Source: Chrysemys picta bellii
Taxonomy: Eukaryota
NCBI RefSeq assembly: GCF_011386835.1
Contig: NC_088806.1
Location: 2,480,001 to 2,544,000 of the forward strand
Length of the DNA stretch: 64,000 nucleotides
Direction: 5' to 3'
A program made the position numbers and the translations under genes. Positions 21,262 through 33,931 of this stretch are shown here, piece after piece. Position 1 is the first letter of the stretch; each line of letters starts with the position of its first letter. A model generated the notes under the pieces. The model did not search any database, had not been told where the DNA came from, and saw only the letters and a list, made by a program, of their open reading frames with translations.

Positions 21262-22057
21262 ATAAGAACATAAGAACGCCCATAGTAGGTCAGAACAAAG
21301 GTCCGTCCAGCTCAGTATCCGGTCATCTGACAGTGGCCAATGCCAGGTGCCCCAGAGGGAATGAACAGAACAAGTAATCATCAAGTGATCCATCCCCTGT
21401 TGCCCATTCCCAGCTTCTAGCAAACAGAGGCTAGGGACACCATCCCTGCCCATCCTGGCTTATAGCCATTGATGGACCAATCCTCCATGAATTTATCTAA
21501 TTCTTTTTTGAACCCTGTTCTAGTCTTGGCCTTCACAACATCCTCTGGCGAGGAGTTCCACCAGTTGACAGTGTGTTGTGTGGGAAAAATTTCCTTTTGT
21601 TTGTTTTAAACCTGCTGCCTATTCATTTCATTTGCCGGCCCCTAGTTCTTGTGTTATGAGAAGGAATAAACAACACTCATTTATTTTCTCCACACCAGTC
21701 ATGATTTTAGAGCCCTCTATCATATTCCCCCCCTTAGTCGTCTCTTTTCCAAGCTGAGAAGTCCCAGTCTCATTAATCCCTCCTCATACGGAAGCCATTC
21801 CAGACCCCTAATCATTTTTGTTGCCCTTTTCTGTACCTTTTCCAACTCCAATATCTCTTTTTTGAGATGGGGCGACCACATCTGCACGCAGTATTCAAGA
21901 TGTGGGCGTACCATGGATTTATAGAGAAGCAATAGGATATTTTCTGTCTTATTCTCTATCCCTTTCTGAATGATTCCCACCATTCGGTTCGCTTTTTTCA
22001 CGGCCGCTGCACATGGAGTGAACGTTTTCAGAGAATTACCCACAAGGACTCCAAGAT
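21262..22057 (-). mobile_element. CR1 LINE 3' ~800 bp
   Basis: (ATAAGAAC)2 terminal repeat; ORF CAAAVKKANRMVGII...[15 protein letters not shown]...RRLRG. Confidence 0.92.
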
Positions 22058-23875
22058 CTCAAAGGTTGGGGTTTCACTCAACCCATAGACTTTGGAACCT
22101 ACCTGACCGTGAAGGAAGATGCCTTTTGCGTTGGATTCTCCCGGATCGACCTCTGAACGCCCCACAATTCCTATCCAAGCAGCATTTGCCGACGGCCCCA
22201 GAACCTTTTACCAGAGGCGGGCTGCTAGAAAGAAAAGGAAGATGACCCACAGCCCCCTCCTAGGCGTCACGTCCAGCTACTCACGCCATCTCTGGGGAAG
22301 GGCAAAGTTTTGCTCGGGGTCCCCGGAACCGAAAGCCGCTGCGTTACCCCTCGGCCTGGTCAGGCGAGAGCGGCAGGGCTGGGTCATGGGCTTCCCAACT
22401 GACCCGTCGGAGCAGGAGTCCGCCAGCACAAGGCAGGAGTTGGGAGAATACTGGGGGGGACAGGGGCAGAGGACACACGGGAAGCCTGGAACCACATGGG
22501 AGATGCCGGGTCAGGAAGCCAGGAAAATTAAGCAGGTGGCTTCCTGGTCCAGCTCCTAATCATCTGCTCTGGGACTCTGCCAATCGACCTGTGCGGTAGA
22601 GCCTCCCACTAGGGCCAGTCACTCTTGCCGCCCCAGGTTCGAGACCCGCTCATGACCGTGCTCTGCCGGAACTTAAATGGTTCAGGAAAGAAACCCGAGA
22701 TCCCCAGAGACGTCACGTGAGTCTTTCGCAGCTATTACCTTGTTCCTGGCCTCCCAGGGGACACACAAATAAAGCCGGGCAGAGGTTTCCGCGATGCCAG
22801 AAAATGGCCACGTAACCCAACGGCTGGCCAAATTCAGACAGGTGCATGTTTTTAAGCAGTAAGGCGAGTTCACCTTTTGGACAATTTACCAAGGGTTTCG
22901 GGAGCACTTCTCCATCACTGGTAGATTTTTAGCTCAAGCGTGGGTGTTTTTCTAAAAGGAATTAATTCAGGGATGCTGTCTGGTGTGTGTTATCCAGGGA
23001 AGTCCGGTTCATAGAAGATCAGGGTTGGAAGGGAGCTCAGGAGGTATCTAGTCCAACCCCCTGCTCAAACCAGGACCATTTGCGATCAGCATGAAGGTGG
23101 GGACCCATGAAGCGCCTGGCCTGACAAGAGTCCCCCCCCCCCAACACTCATTGTCTCCTCCAGGGGTCCTGCCATTCCCCCCACCCCCTCCCTGGAGATC
23201 CTCGATTTCAGGGTCTCCCTGCCCCCCTCACCAGCCCACCCCATGCCCCCTCCTTTTCCTTTTGGGGTATCACATTCTTGGGGGAGGCTGAGCAGGGCTG
23301 CAGATCTGCCAACAGGCATTCATGTCCGCGAGCAACTGGTTCTTTCAGCTGACTCGGTGGCCCTGCTCACACTGGGACTTGTGCGTCAGAAGAAAAGGGC
23401 CTGGGAGCAGTTTTAAGTTTGGGGGGGGTCACCCCTGAAAACTGCTGTCCCTTCCCCCTCACTTAGCTGCTCACAGATGCCACCCCACAGCCTGAGATAG
23501 GGTCAGTTTTGTTCCGTCCCTAGAAATTGCCTCCGGAATGAAATGTACACACAGCGCTGGCTTGTGGGGACCCTACAGAGCCCCCGTGATGGGAACAGTA
23601 TGGGGAGTGCTCTGGGTTTCAGGTACCAATTGATCAAAGGGCCTTCCACAAAGAGAGACACTTGATCTCCGTTTCAAGAACCAGACGCTGATCAAGGCCT
23701 CATTTCAGGTCTGAACTTCTCCGGCTTCCGCTCGATTTCACCTTGCCTTTGCCGGCCAGATGAAGAAGGCCTCCTACTATCTCGTTTCTCCTCTCCGAGC
23801 CAAAGGCAATTCTAGACGGCGATCAAGTTACCTCTTGTCCTGCTTTTCGACTAGCTACGTAAATTGAACTCCCAA

Positions 23876-24030
23876 AAAAAGAACAGGAGTACTTGTGGCA
23901 CCTTCGAGACTAACAAATTTATTAGAGCATAAGCGTAGTCCACGAAAGCTTATGCTCCAATAAATTTGTTAGTCTCGAAGGTGCCACAAGTACTCCTATT
24001 CTTTTTGCGGATACAGACTAACACGGCTGC
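23876..24030. mobile_element. Penelope-like element ends arranged as a 59-bp-arm palindrome
   Basis: Arms 23876-23934 and 23948-24006, 2 mismatches, 13-nt loop. Confidence 0.82.
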
Positions 24031-24382
24031 TGCTCTGAACTGCCAAAGTTTATTAGTGGCATCACACATGGCACCAGGTGGCGCTGTCAAGCTGCCTGGC
24101 ATATTCTTTTTCCCAGCTTGCGAGCAAGTGTTCCGTCTTGGGAGAAATACAACAGTGTTGCTTTTTGTGTGTGCGCGCGCGCAACACACACTGTTTGTGG
24201 GGCAAAAGCTGTTGAAGACAGCAAGAATATTTGGTTTCTGCCTTGATCTCTGTAATTACAATCGGTTCTGAGGGCAGAGTTGCCCCAACGTTTGGGTCAA
24301 GACTTTGGCACGCCGTGCCGTTTGAATCCACTTCTGTTGAAGTCCCACGTGCCCAGCCTGAGTAGACAAGTTTTCAGTGTGG

Positions 24383-25590
24383 GGGCAAAACTTGCAGACG
24401 ACACAAACCGACTCAAGATAGTTACTGCGGAAGCAGACTGCGACGAGCCACAAAGGGATCTCACAAAATTGGGTGACCGGGCAACAAAATGGCAGAGGAA
24501 ATTCGATGGTGATAAATGCAAAGCCATGCACATTGTTTTTCCAATCACACCTATGTCTTTGCATACAACACGATGGGCTCTTGTAGCAGTCTCAGCCGAG
24601 GTTCAGCCCTCAGTGGGGCTGTGGGGTATCCCACTGCCCCGCTCTGGTCCACCGTCAGTCCTGGTCTGGTGGTAGTGTGGGACAGCAAACACACGGTTAG
24701 GAGCTCAGGCCCTTAAGCAGGGGCTGGGTCAGTGGGCACCAGGTCTCAGCCTCTCTAGGCCAGGGAAAGGGGGAGTCTGCCACCCAAGGAGTGGGTGGCA
24801 GGGGGGACGCAGGCCCTCCCACTCCACTGCGTCCCAGCCCGGGGCCCTAGCAGCGGCAGAAACTCGCTGCTGTCAGTGGGGATCCTGGCCGCAACACACT
24901 GACATCGGCTCCGGCAGTGCTGCAGCCAGACTGGGGTCGGCTGCCCCCGGGCCACTTCCACACTCCCCCTCGTAGGGTATCTGGGCCGGACTAGTGTCCT
25001 CGGGGCTCTCCACCAGCATCGGTTCCTCCGGGTAGGTAGCGAAGGGCAGGTCCGGCTCCTCCTCGGGGTAGCAGGAACGGGGCAGGCTCGGCCAGTCCTC
25101 CTCAGGGTAATGGGCGAGGGGTAGGCTCGGCCGGCCTGGTGAGTCCTCAGGTCGGACGCGGCCTGCGGCTGTCTCCCAAGCGGGAGCTCAGCCACAGACG
25201 TCTGCTCTCTCCGCCGGCTTGTCCCCCACTGTGCTCTGCAGGCGGGCTTTTATACTTCCGGGTCGGCGCCGTGACCTCTGAGGGGCGGGAGCCGGACCCG
25301 GTGGCTCCGCCCACATTGGCATTAGGGGAGGTCCGGCCCTCAGCGGGGCAGTGGGGTATCCCACCGCCTCGCTACAGGTCTACATTAGCGGAGATGAAAA
25401 AGACCAGGAGTGTTCAGCTGGGGAAAGAGACGACCAAAGGAGGACAGGGGAGAGGTCTATAAAAATCACGAATGGCGTGGAGAACGGGAATAAGGAAGCG
25501 TTCTTTACCACTTCACATCACACAAGAACTAGGGGTCAGGCAGGAAAATTAACAGGCAGCGGGTTTAAAACAAACAAAAGGAAGTATTTC
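24383..25590 (+). mobile_element. CR1 reverse-transcriptase fragment (24383-24581, 25377-25590) interrupted by a solo LTR
   Basis: KLADDT...QRDLTKLGDRATKWQRKF..DKCKAMH. Confidence 0.82.
24582..25376 (-). mobile_element. Solo LTR, 795 bp (probably Gypsy-type)
   Basis: TGTAGC...GCTACA termini; 5-bp TSD GCTCT/GGTCT (1 mismatch); CCGGAAGTATAAAA ETS+TATA on the minus strand near 25250. Confidence 0.75.
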
Positions 25591-26339
25591 TCCTGCCCTC
25601 CTGTATATCCCAGGCGGTTGAAATCTCACCCCCGTATTAAGCCGAAAATAAAAGTGTGTTCAACGAAGGCATTTTCTACAAAGGGCATCCAGGACTTGAT
25701 CTGAAGCCATCACGAACTAGTCAACCAACCGCTTCCCTTGCGAGTGGAGCTAAAGCCGCCTCCTTCCAAATTTAAATGCGTCTGGGTTTCGCGCCCGCCC
25801 TGGTTCTTGTTCAGGCTTTTGCCCTGCGCTTCGGGAGGCCTTTCGTGCCTGCTGTGAAGGAGGAGCTGTCAGAAGCCACAACGTTGCATTTCTCCCTAGA
25901 CTAAACACTCGCTTGCATGCAAGAAGCGATCTAAATCGAGCTCCTTCGGGCCACCGGAGGAGGACACAGTGTTCTAGTATCCGGCTCACTGATGCCGGTT
26001 AAAATCCCATCCCTACTCTCCTTGCGATACGGAGAAGGAAAGGAGAACACCAGAGTATTTACAGAGTCAGAGATTCCCAGGCTAGAAGAGACTCTGAGGC
26101 CCCACCCATTTCCCTCAGAGACCCCGCCCCCTCCTCTCTGAGACCCCGCCCCACTCGCCATTACGGCCCGTAAATAGTGATGTGATGGGGCCAAGCTCCC
26201 CTGGCCCCCCTGTTCTGACCCCCACCGATTGTGCCCATCTAATCCAGTGGTTCTCAAGGGGTACAGGCGTCTGGGAAGGCTGAGCGCCTCCGCTTTAGTC
26301 CGAGAACTGCCCTGACATAATTCCTTTTAGAATTAGAGC

Positions 26340-26572
26340 ATGGGGGGCTGGGAGCCAGGACTCCTGGGTTCTCTCCCGGCTCTGGGAGGGGATTGGGGGC
26401 TGGTGGGTTAGAGCAGGGGGGGCTGGGAGCCAGGACTCCTGGGTTCTCTCCCGGCTCTGGGAGGGGAGTGGGGGCTGGTGGTTAGAGCAGGGGGGGCTGG
26501 GAGCCAGGACTCCTGGGTTCTCTCCCGGCTCTGGGAGGGGATTGGGGGCTGGTGCGTTAGAGCAGGGGGGCT
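26340..26572 (+). repeat. 75-bp minisatellite array
   Basis: About 3 units. Confidence 0.9.
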
Positions 26573-28740
26573 CTAATTCCGATTAGAAAACCACCCCGTC
26601 TTGATTGAAAAAAGGTCAGGGGTGGAGAATCCACCCCAACCTGGGTAAATTGGCCCGCTGGTTAATTACGCTCAGGGTTAAAATTTCACACTTTATTACT
26701 TGTCTGAATTCGTCTAGCTTCCAGCCGTTGGCACGGCCGGAGCGCTGGGCGGGCAGTGTGGCCCCAGCCAGGGGGGGTCTCATGCGCACCGCGTTCCCCA
26801 GCCGGCCTGCCCCAGCCTCTCGGCCACAGAAGACAACAGGAGGCAGGAGTGGGGGTGGGGCCACACCAGGCTGTTTGGGGAGGCACCTAGTATACCCGCT
26901 GCCCATGCCGACACTTAGAGACATGATCAAGTTCCCCCCCCACCCCCGAACCGTCCCTTTGTGACGGTAACTCGATTGAGCTCCTTGAGTCTCTCACTGT
27001 CAATTTTCCTCATCCTTCTCATGGCTCTTCTCCGACCTCTCTCCAGTTTATCACCATCTTCCCTGAGTTATGGACCCCAGCAGAAGTCTCACCTGGGCTG
27101 AATCCAGAGGTCAAATAACTGCTCTGCACCTTCTCCGGATCCCTCTGTTGATCCATCCCCAGCATCATTCGACCACAGTCTCTCCCTTTATCAGATCCAT
27201 GCCCTCACGTTTATCTGATCTCCCACCATGATGCCCAAATCTTTTTCAGAGCCCCGGCTGCCCAGGATAGAGTCCCCCATGCGGTAAGCGTGGCCTGCCC
27301 TGCCACGCCAGCACAGACACCCAGAAAATGCCGGGATCCCAATACCTCTTTGGGCGAGAAAGGGCCTTCTTGGATCCTAGATGTCTACGTGTACATTTAG
27401 CCCTAGTAAAAAACTAGCCAAGCGGTGTCCCATCCTATGCATTATTTAACGCTTCCCCCTATTTGCCGGGGGTCACCCACAAACTTTATCAGATGACACC
27501 AAAACATCTATTGAAATCAATGGGAGTTAGGCGTCTAAAACACCTTTGAGGATCATTGATTTGGCCTCCAATGGGAAGCTGACCTAGAGGCCCTTCCCAC
27601 CATCACCGTCTGCCACCGATTGGCTGCTGTCACGTCATGCAGGGATCCCCCGATGGGAGAACAAGTTCTAGGATGGGGATCCCCTTTATAGACTCACCTG
27701 GGGCAGCAACACTCAATACGGACCACACCTGGGCTGGTTCTGATGGCAGGTAGGTAGCTGTAAGAGAGGGTGGTGGTATAGACCAAGAAGTCTGGCATCC
27801 CCTGGAAGGAATTAGGCATTGGAATTAATCCAGCATTGTTCTCTGCCCCAGCTGCCCAAGAAGCTACTGAGATTGGCTTTGTAGCCTGTTCTGGATTAAG
27901 GTCCCCAGCTCATGGAGGTACATCATGGTAACACCATCTCAGGTGGCATTTAAAAAAACGTTAGGCACATGTCTAGGTCATGCGGGGAAGAAGCTGTCCT
28001 GAGTGTAACTGACTCAGCAAGCCTGCCTGAGTCTGCATAGAGCCTGAACTGATTGCTCAGATGGCACGTGGGAAGGGATGGAAAGACCTGCCCCACAAGT
28101 CTCTATGGGGTGTTAACTTCCTGACCAACTGCTTTGGAGAGGGGGGAAAAAAAACCAAACACACAACACCTACCCTGCTGCGCCAGCAAAGACACCCAGA
28201 AAATGCTGGGATCCCACTACTGCCACCAATACCTCTCTGGGAGAGAAGGCGCCCCCAGCTACACCAAAGTGGGAGGCAGAGCAACAACACAGGGGTAGAA
28301 CCATCCAATAATGCCGCTTTGTCAGAATCAAAACATTTAATGGGAAAACAAACAATGGCAACAAATCATTTAGACTAATTTGGTTTAGGCTTCATTATCT
28401 TTAATATCTATTTAGTAGACCAGCTCCAGTATTTAGATATTCAAATTAATTTGAATATTTATATAAGTCAGCTATAGATTTTAATCAGTAAACAAATGTC
28501 AATTCCACCATGCACGCACACACACATACACACGGCAGTGAAAAAAGATTTCCATCCAGGATAGTCGAAATTTGCCAGTAGACAAAGCACAGAAGTTACG
28601 AACAACAGAGTTACGAACAGACCAGTCAACCATGCACCTCGTTTGGAACTGGAAGTAGGCAATCAGGAATAAGGAAGAAGAAAACTTTTTTGGTTAAAAG
28701 CAGCAGTTTGTGTCTGCGTAGTAAAGTTTCAAAGCCGTAT

Positions 28741-29575
28741 TACGTCTTCAAGTCCGTGAAAGGTTGTTACAAGGAAGAGGGAGGTAAATGTTCTCCTTAA
28801 TGTCTGAGGATAGGACAAGAAGCAATGGGCTTAAATTGCAGCAAGGGTGGTTTAGGTTGGACATTAGCAAAAACTTCCCGTCAGGGTGGTTAAGTGCTGG
28901 AATAAATTACCCAGGGAGGTTGTGCGATCTCCATCATTGGAGATTTTAAAGAGCAGCCGTTTTAATCAGTCCCTCAAATTCCTGCTGGGGAGTGGGGTCT
29001 GGGGCTTGCCCCGCTCCAGCACTCCAGCCGGAGAGCAGGTTCGGTGGCCGCACCTCGTGGCTCCCGGAAGCAGCGGCATGGCCCCCCGCCGGCTCCTAGG
29101 TGGAGGGGCAGCCAGAGGGCTCCACTCTGCATGCCACCCCTGCTGCTCCCATTGGCTGGGAACCTCAGCCAATGGGAACTGCAGGGGCGGTGCCTGCAGA
29201 CGGGGCAGTGCACGGAGCCGCCTGGCTATGCCTCCACGTAGGAGCCAGAGGGGGGACATGCTGCTGCTTCTGGGAGCCGCTTGAAGTAAGCACCACCCGG
29301 AGCCTGCACCCCTCAGCTTCCCCCCGCACCCCAACCCCCTGCCCCAGCCCTGATCTCCATCCCACCCTCCAAACCCCTCAAGAAGAGTGAGGGGGGATTT
29401 GATAGCAGCCTTCAGCTACCTGAAGTGGGGGGTTCCAAAGAGGATGGAGCTCGGCTGTTCTCAGTGGTGGCAGATGACAGAACAAGGAGCAATGGTCTCA
29501 AGTTGCAGTGGGGGAGGTCCAGGTTGGATATTCGGAAACACTATGTCACTAGGAGGGTGGTGAAGCACTGGAATG
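28741..29575 (+). mobile_element. CR1 3' fragments flanking a turtle MITE-type internal segment (28980-29390)
   Basis: GGACAAGAAGCAATGGGCTTAAATTGCAGCAAGG and AGGAGCAATGGTCTCAAGTTGCAGTGG CR1 signatures. Confidence 0.7.
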
Positions 29576-29984
29576 GTCACTTCCAGTCCTACGATTCGAT
29601 GCTAAAATCATCAAAAACAAAAAAATCGCATTCTGCCAGCCCGAAATAGAAGAGCTGAAATAGAGCGAAGTTCAAACAAGGCGATTCGATGCTCATGAAT
29701 CAATTTGCGTTTGGCGGGAAAATGCCAAATTTTCCATGGTCTGTTCCCAAGCAAAATGAAAACAAACAAACAAAAATCAGAATGTCCCTTGGAAATTCCC
29801 AGGTGCCAGCCAGTGCCGTGGGGACATTATATAGGAGAACAGACTTGCCAGATGGCTCAGTGACCGGCAGTTCCTGACCATCAGGCTGGGCTCGTGGGGG
29901 TGAGGAACTCAGCAGAATTGAGAAGTCAAGGACACACCAAAAGCTTACGCAGCTGCACCAACATGGGACATGGCTCGGTGACCA

Positions 29985-30710
29985 GAAGCTTCTGAGATCT
30001 TTTTCAGCTTGGAAAAGAGACGGCCAAGGGGGGATAGGACAGAGGTCTAGAAAATCATGACGGGTGGGGAGAAAGTAAATAAGGACGTGTTGTTTCCTCC
30101 TCATAACACAAGAACTAGGAGGCACTCAATGAAATTAATAGGCAGCAGGTTTAAAACAGACAAAAGAATCATAGAATATCAGGGTTGGAAGATACCTCAG
30201 GAGGTATCTAGTCCAACTCCCTGCTCAAAACAGGACCAACACCAACTAAATCATCCCAGCCAGGACTTTGTCAAGCCAGGCCTTAAAAACCTCTAAGGAT
30301 GGAGATTCCACCACCCTCCTAGTGAAACAGTGTTTCCGAATAGCCAACCTAGACCTCCCCCACTGCAACTTGAGACCATTACTCAAAAGGAAGTATTTCT
30401 TCACACAACGCACAGTCAACCTGGGGAACTCCTCGCCAGAAGATGTTGTGAAGGCCAAGACTAGAAAAGAACTAGAGAAGTTCATGGAGGATAGGACCAT
30501 CAGTGGCTATTAGCCAGGCTGGGCAAGGATGGTGTCCCTAGCCTCTGTTTGACAGAAGCTGGGAATGGGCAACGGGATGGATCACTTGATGATTCCCTGT
30601 TCTGTTCATTCCCTCTAAGGCACCTGGCACTGGCCACTATCAGAAGACAGGAGACTGGGCTAGATGGACCTTTGGTCTGACCCAGTACGGCCGTTCTTAT
30701 GTTCTTCAAC
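29985..30710 (+). mobile_element. CR1 3' fragment with a nested opposite-strand CR1 piece (about 30166-30383)
   Basis: FSLEKRR...GD; tail GGCCGTTCTTATGTTCTT. Confidence 0.82.
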
Positions 30711-31344
30711 AGGGCACGGGGCCAAGGGACAGCGAGATTCAGAGGGACCAAACGACTACATAGGTGCACCAACAGGACAGCCTGGAAGTTCTTGAGAACT
30801 TACTCCAGAACCCGTAGGACCCCAGTGGGGGCTCGGGGAGGCCAAACTTACCTTCGGACCGGCCCCGAATTGAGCCAGATCTACCACGAAGAGGAGGACC
30901 GCACCATAGGGACACAGCAGGCCACGATCCCTCCGCACCATCGCCTCCAGCCAGGCAGCTCGGCGTTGGACTCTCACGGGTGGCAGGAGGCCACTGAGGG
31001 GGACCCAGGGAAGGGAACGGGCAGGAGCCAGGGTGGGAGCTCTCGTCGCTCCTGGCAAAGGCCAAGCAGAGGGACAGGACAACTCAAACATCACCCAGGC
31101 CAGCAGCAGCCAGAGGCCAGCCCTCATCTTGCCTCTCTACAGCAATCAAGAGGGGCCAGTGCTCCAGATCCTCTTATACCCAGGCGCTGTTCCCACCTGG
31201 CTCAGGTAATTCACACCTCAGGGTGGATTGAACCCGGGGCCAATCAGAGGCAGGAAGGAGGATCAGGTGAATCTGTAGGGGCAACGCAGGGCAGCTGGAG
31301 ACACAGATGGATGCTTGGGAGTTACGGGCTAAACTCACAGGGTG

Positions 31345-31662
31345 GGGGCTGGGAGCCAGGACTCCTGGGTTCTCTCCCCAGCTCTAGGAGGGGAGTGGGG
31401 GCTGGTGGGTTAGAGCAGAGGGCGCTGGAGCCAGGGACTCCTGGGTTCTCTCCCCAGCTCTGGGAGGGGAGTGGGGGCTGGTGGGTTAGAGCAGAGGGCG
31501 CTGGGAGCCAGGACTCCTGGGTTCTCTCCCCAGCTCTAGAAGGGGAGTGGGGGCTGGTGGGTTAGAGCCGGGGGTCTGGGAGCCAGGACTCCTGGGTTCT
31601 CTCCTTGGCTCTGGGAGGGGAGTGGGGGCTGGTGGGTTAGAGCAGGGGGGGTGCTGGGAGCC
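31345..31662 (+). repeat. 75-bp minisatellite array
   Basis: About 4 units. Confidence 0.9.
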
Positions 31663-32389
31663 TCATGCAGGAAGTGTGTGACTATGTGTCTGTGCAGCAC
31701 CTGGTGGGATGGGGGTGGGGGAACCTGATCTCACTTGGGGGGGGGCTGTCTAGTATGCTCCTGGGGACCCCAATCTTTCAGGGGGTCTGTCCAGTATGTG
31801 GCACACTGTGGCCTCCCAATGTGGTTGGGGGTGTGTGGATGTGGGGGCCCTGAAGGCTGGGACCCATGCAGCTCCTGACCTGACAGGGGTCCCCCCAACA
31901 ACTCATTGTCTTCTCCAGGTGTCCTGCCATTCCCCCCCACCCCTCCTTGGAGAGCCTCTTTCAGGGTCTCCCTGCCCCCCTCACCAACCCCCCCCTTTTG
32001 GGGTGTCCCATTCTTGGGGGGCTGCAGCCACCAGGCATTCATGTCCGCAAGCAAGAGCTTCCTTCCGCCGACTCTGGGGCCCTGCTCACGCAGGGACTTG
32101 TGCGTCAGAAGAAAAAGGCCTGGGAGCAGTTTTAAGCTGGGGGGGGGGTCACCCCTGAAAACTGCTGTCCTTTCCCCCTCACTCAGCTGCCACCCCCGAG
32201 CCTGAGATAGGGTCAGTTTCGTTCTGTCCCTAGAAATTCCCCCCGGACTGAAATGTACACGCAGCGCTGGCTTGGAGGAACCCTACAGAGCCCCTGTGAT
32301 GGGAACAGTATGAGATGGGGGGGGGGCCCCCCTGCAGGAATAGGCCCAGCTCTAGACCAAAGCCCCCCCCCCTTAAACTTTTAAATACT

Positions 32390-32395
32390 TTTATT
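32390..32395 (-). terminator. Candidate CLDN7 polyadenylation signal AATAAA
   Basis: TTTATT on the plus strand in an AT-rich patch about 1.4 kb downstream of the stop. Confidence 0.55.
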
Positions 32396-32694
32396 TTTTA
32401 CTGCATTTATAGCCTATTTCTTCGCTTCGGTGCCTCTGATTTATCCCTGGCCCGTAAGATGGTGAATTCCCCTTTTGTGGCTAACAACCTAAACAGCTCC
32501 CCCAGCCTGACACCTGCAAAGCCAGCCCCCCCCCCCTCCCCCGGCAGGCACCTGGCCCTAAACCCAGCCCAGGGAAATGGGGCACATGGTAACTGGAGGA
32601 AGGCAGCCTCGGGGGCAGGGAGAAGGCCGGGAGAGTATGAGGGACCCCATAAAATAGAGAGAGGAGGAGGGGGCATAAGATGGACAACGGGCCT

Positions 32695-32890
32695 GGTGCT
32701 GAGATGCGGCCACCTCTGGGGCGGGGCAGCTGGTTACCCAGGGACACCTCACCCGGCATTGAGATGCAGCCACCTCTGGGACGGGGCAGCTGGTGACACA
32801 GGGACCCCTCACCCGGCCCTGAGATGCAGCCACCTCTGGGGTGGGGCAGTTGGTTATGCAGGGACCCCTTGCCGGGTGCTGAGATGCAGA
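32695..32890. repeat. 60-bp tandem repeat (3+ copies) in the predicted CLDN7 3' UTR
   Basis: GAGATGC recurs at exactly 32701, 32761, 32821 and 32881. Confidence 0.85.
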
Positions 32891-33765
32891 CAGCACCTTT
32901 CCTGCAGGGGGCAGTGTGCACACACCCTGATCTCCCCCTTTGGGGAACCCTACCCCACCCCTAGAGGGCACCCCCAAAGACAGATCTCTCCAGTAGGAGG
33001 CACCACACACACAGTTTTCCAAAACACAGTTTTTAATTTCTGTACAAAAGAGGACAAAGCCCACATGAATCTCAGCCACGCACAGATCATTCGTTAAAAA
33101 CCCCTAACGAGCAGGAGCGCTTTTAAATAAAGACATTGGCCATCCCCCCCCATTAAACTCCCCCCCCCCTTGCAATAAAAATAAAATACAATTCCACCAT
33201 AGCGATGATGGGGAGAGATTCTTAAAGGGGGGGGGATTTTAAGGACAGAGGGTAAGATTTCCAGGGTGGGGATCCCCCCCCGTTCAGAGACAGATCAGGT
33301 CAGTTATATTGAGGTTTAACCCCAGCTAAAAAGGAAGAAAATCTGAACTGGTTTCTCCAACGTATGGCAAAATATACACACCCCTTTATACAGGTATATC
33401 CTGTTTTGGGGTGCTCCCCGCTCATAAAATGAAAACCCACCCTCTCCCCCCAATCAGCTATGCTGAACAGAATTTAGGGGCACCCCCTTACTCAGTTAAC
33501 CCTCCCCCAAGTACACAGCACCCCCAAAAATCCTCCCTGTGCCCCAAAAATCCTTCCTATACCCCAAAAATGTGGGAAGGTTAAAAAAAATCTCAATGGT
33601 CATGAATGCTTTTAAAAACATCTGTGCAGCGTTCAGGAGCACCCTGATATTCCTAAGTGGGGGTACCCCACCACCCCACAATGCAAGGAGTTAACCCCTT
33701 CGCAGGCTCCAGGATATCGACTGCGGAAAGGGTACGGGCCGGACAGCTGGCATCAAATCAAGGTG

Positions 33766-33931
33766 CTAGACGTATTCCTTGTTGGTGGGGGTCCGGGAAG
33801 TGGCTTTGCTTTTGGGGTACTGCTGGTTGTACCCTGCTTTCCCAGGGCAGGAACAGGAGAGGAGACCCCCGCCTAGCAGCACCAAGGCAGACCCAGCCCA
33901 GCCGATAAAGATCGCCGATCCAAATTCATAC
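33766..33931 (-). CDS. CLDN7: CLDN7 exon 4 (terminal)
   Basis: [30 protein letters not shown]...PTNKEYV TAG. Confidence 0.97.

Noticed and set aside
33126-33186. Plus-strand AATAAA signals in the CLDN7 3' UTR as a relic of a convergent ELP5 end
   Set aside because: Simply the complement of U-rich UTR sequence; no plus-strand gene nearby
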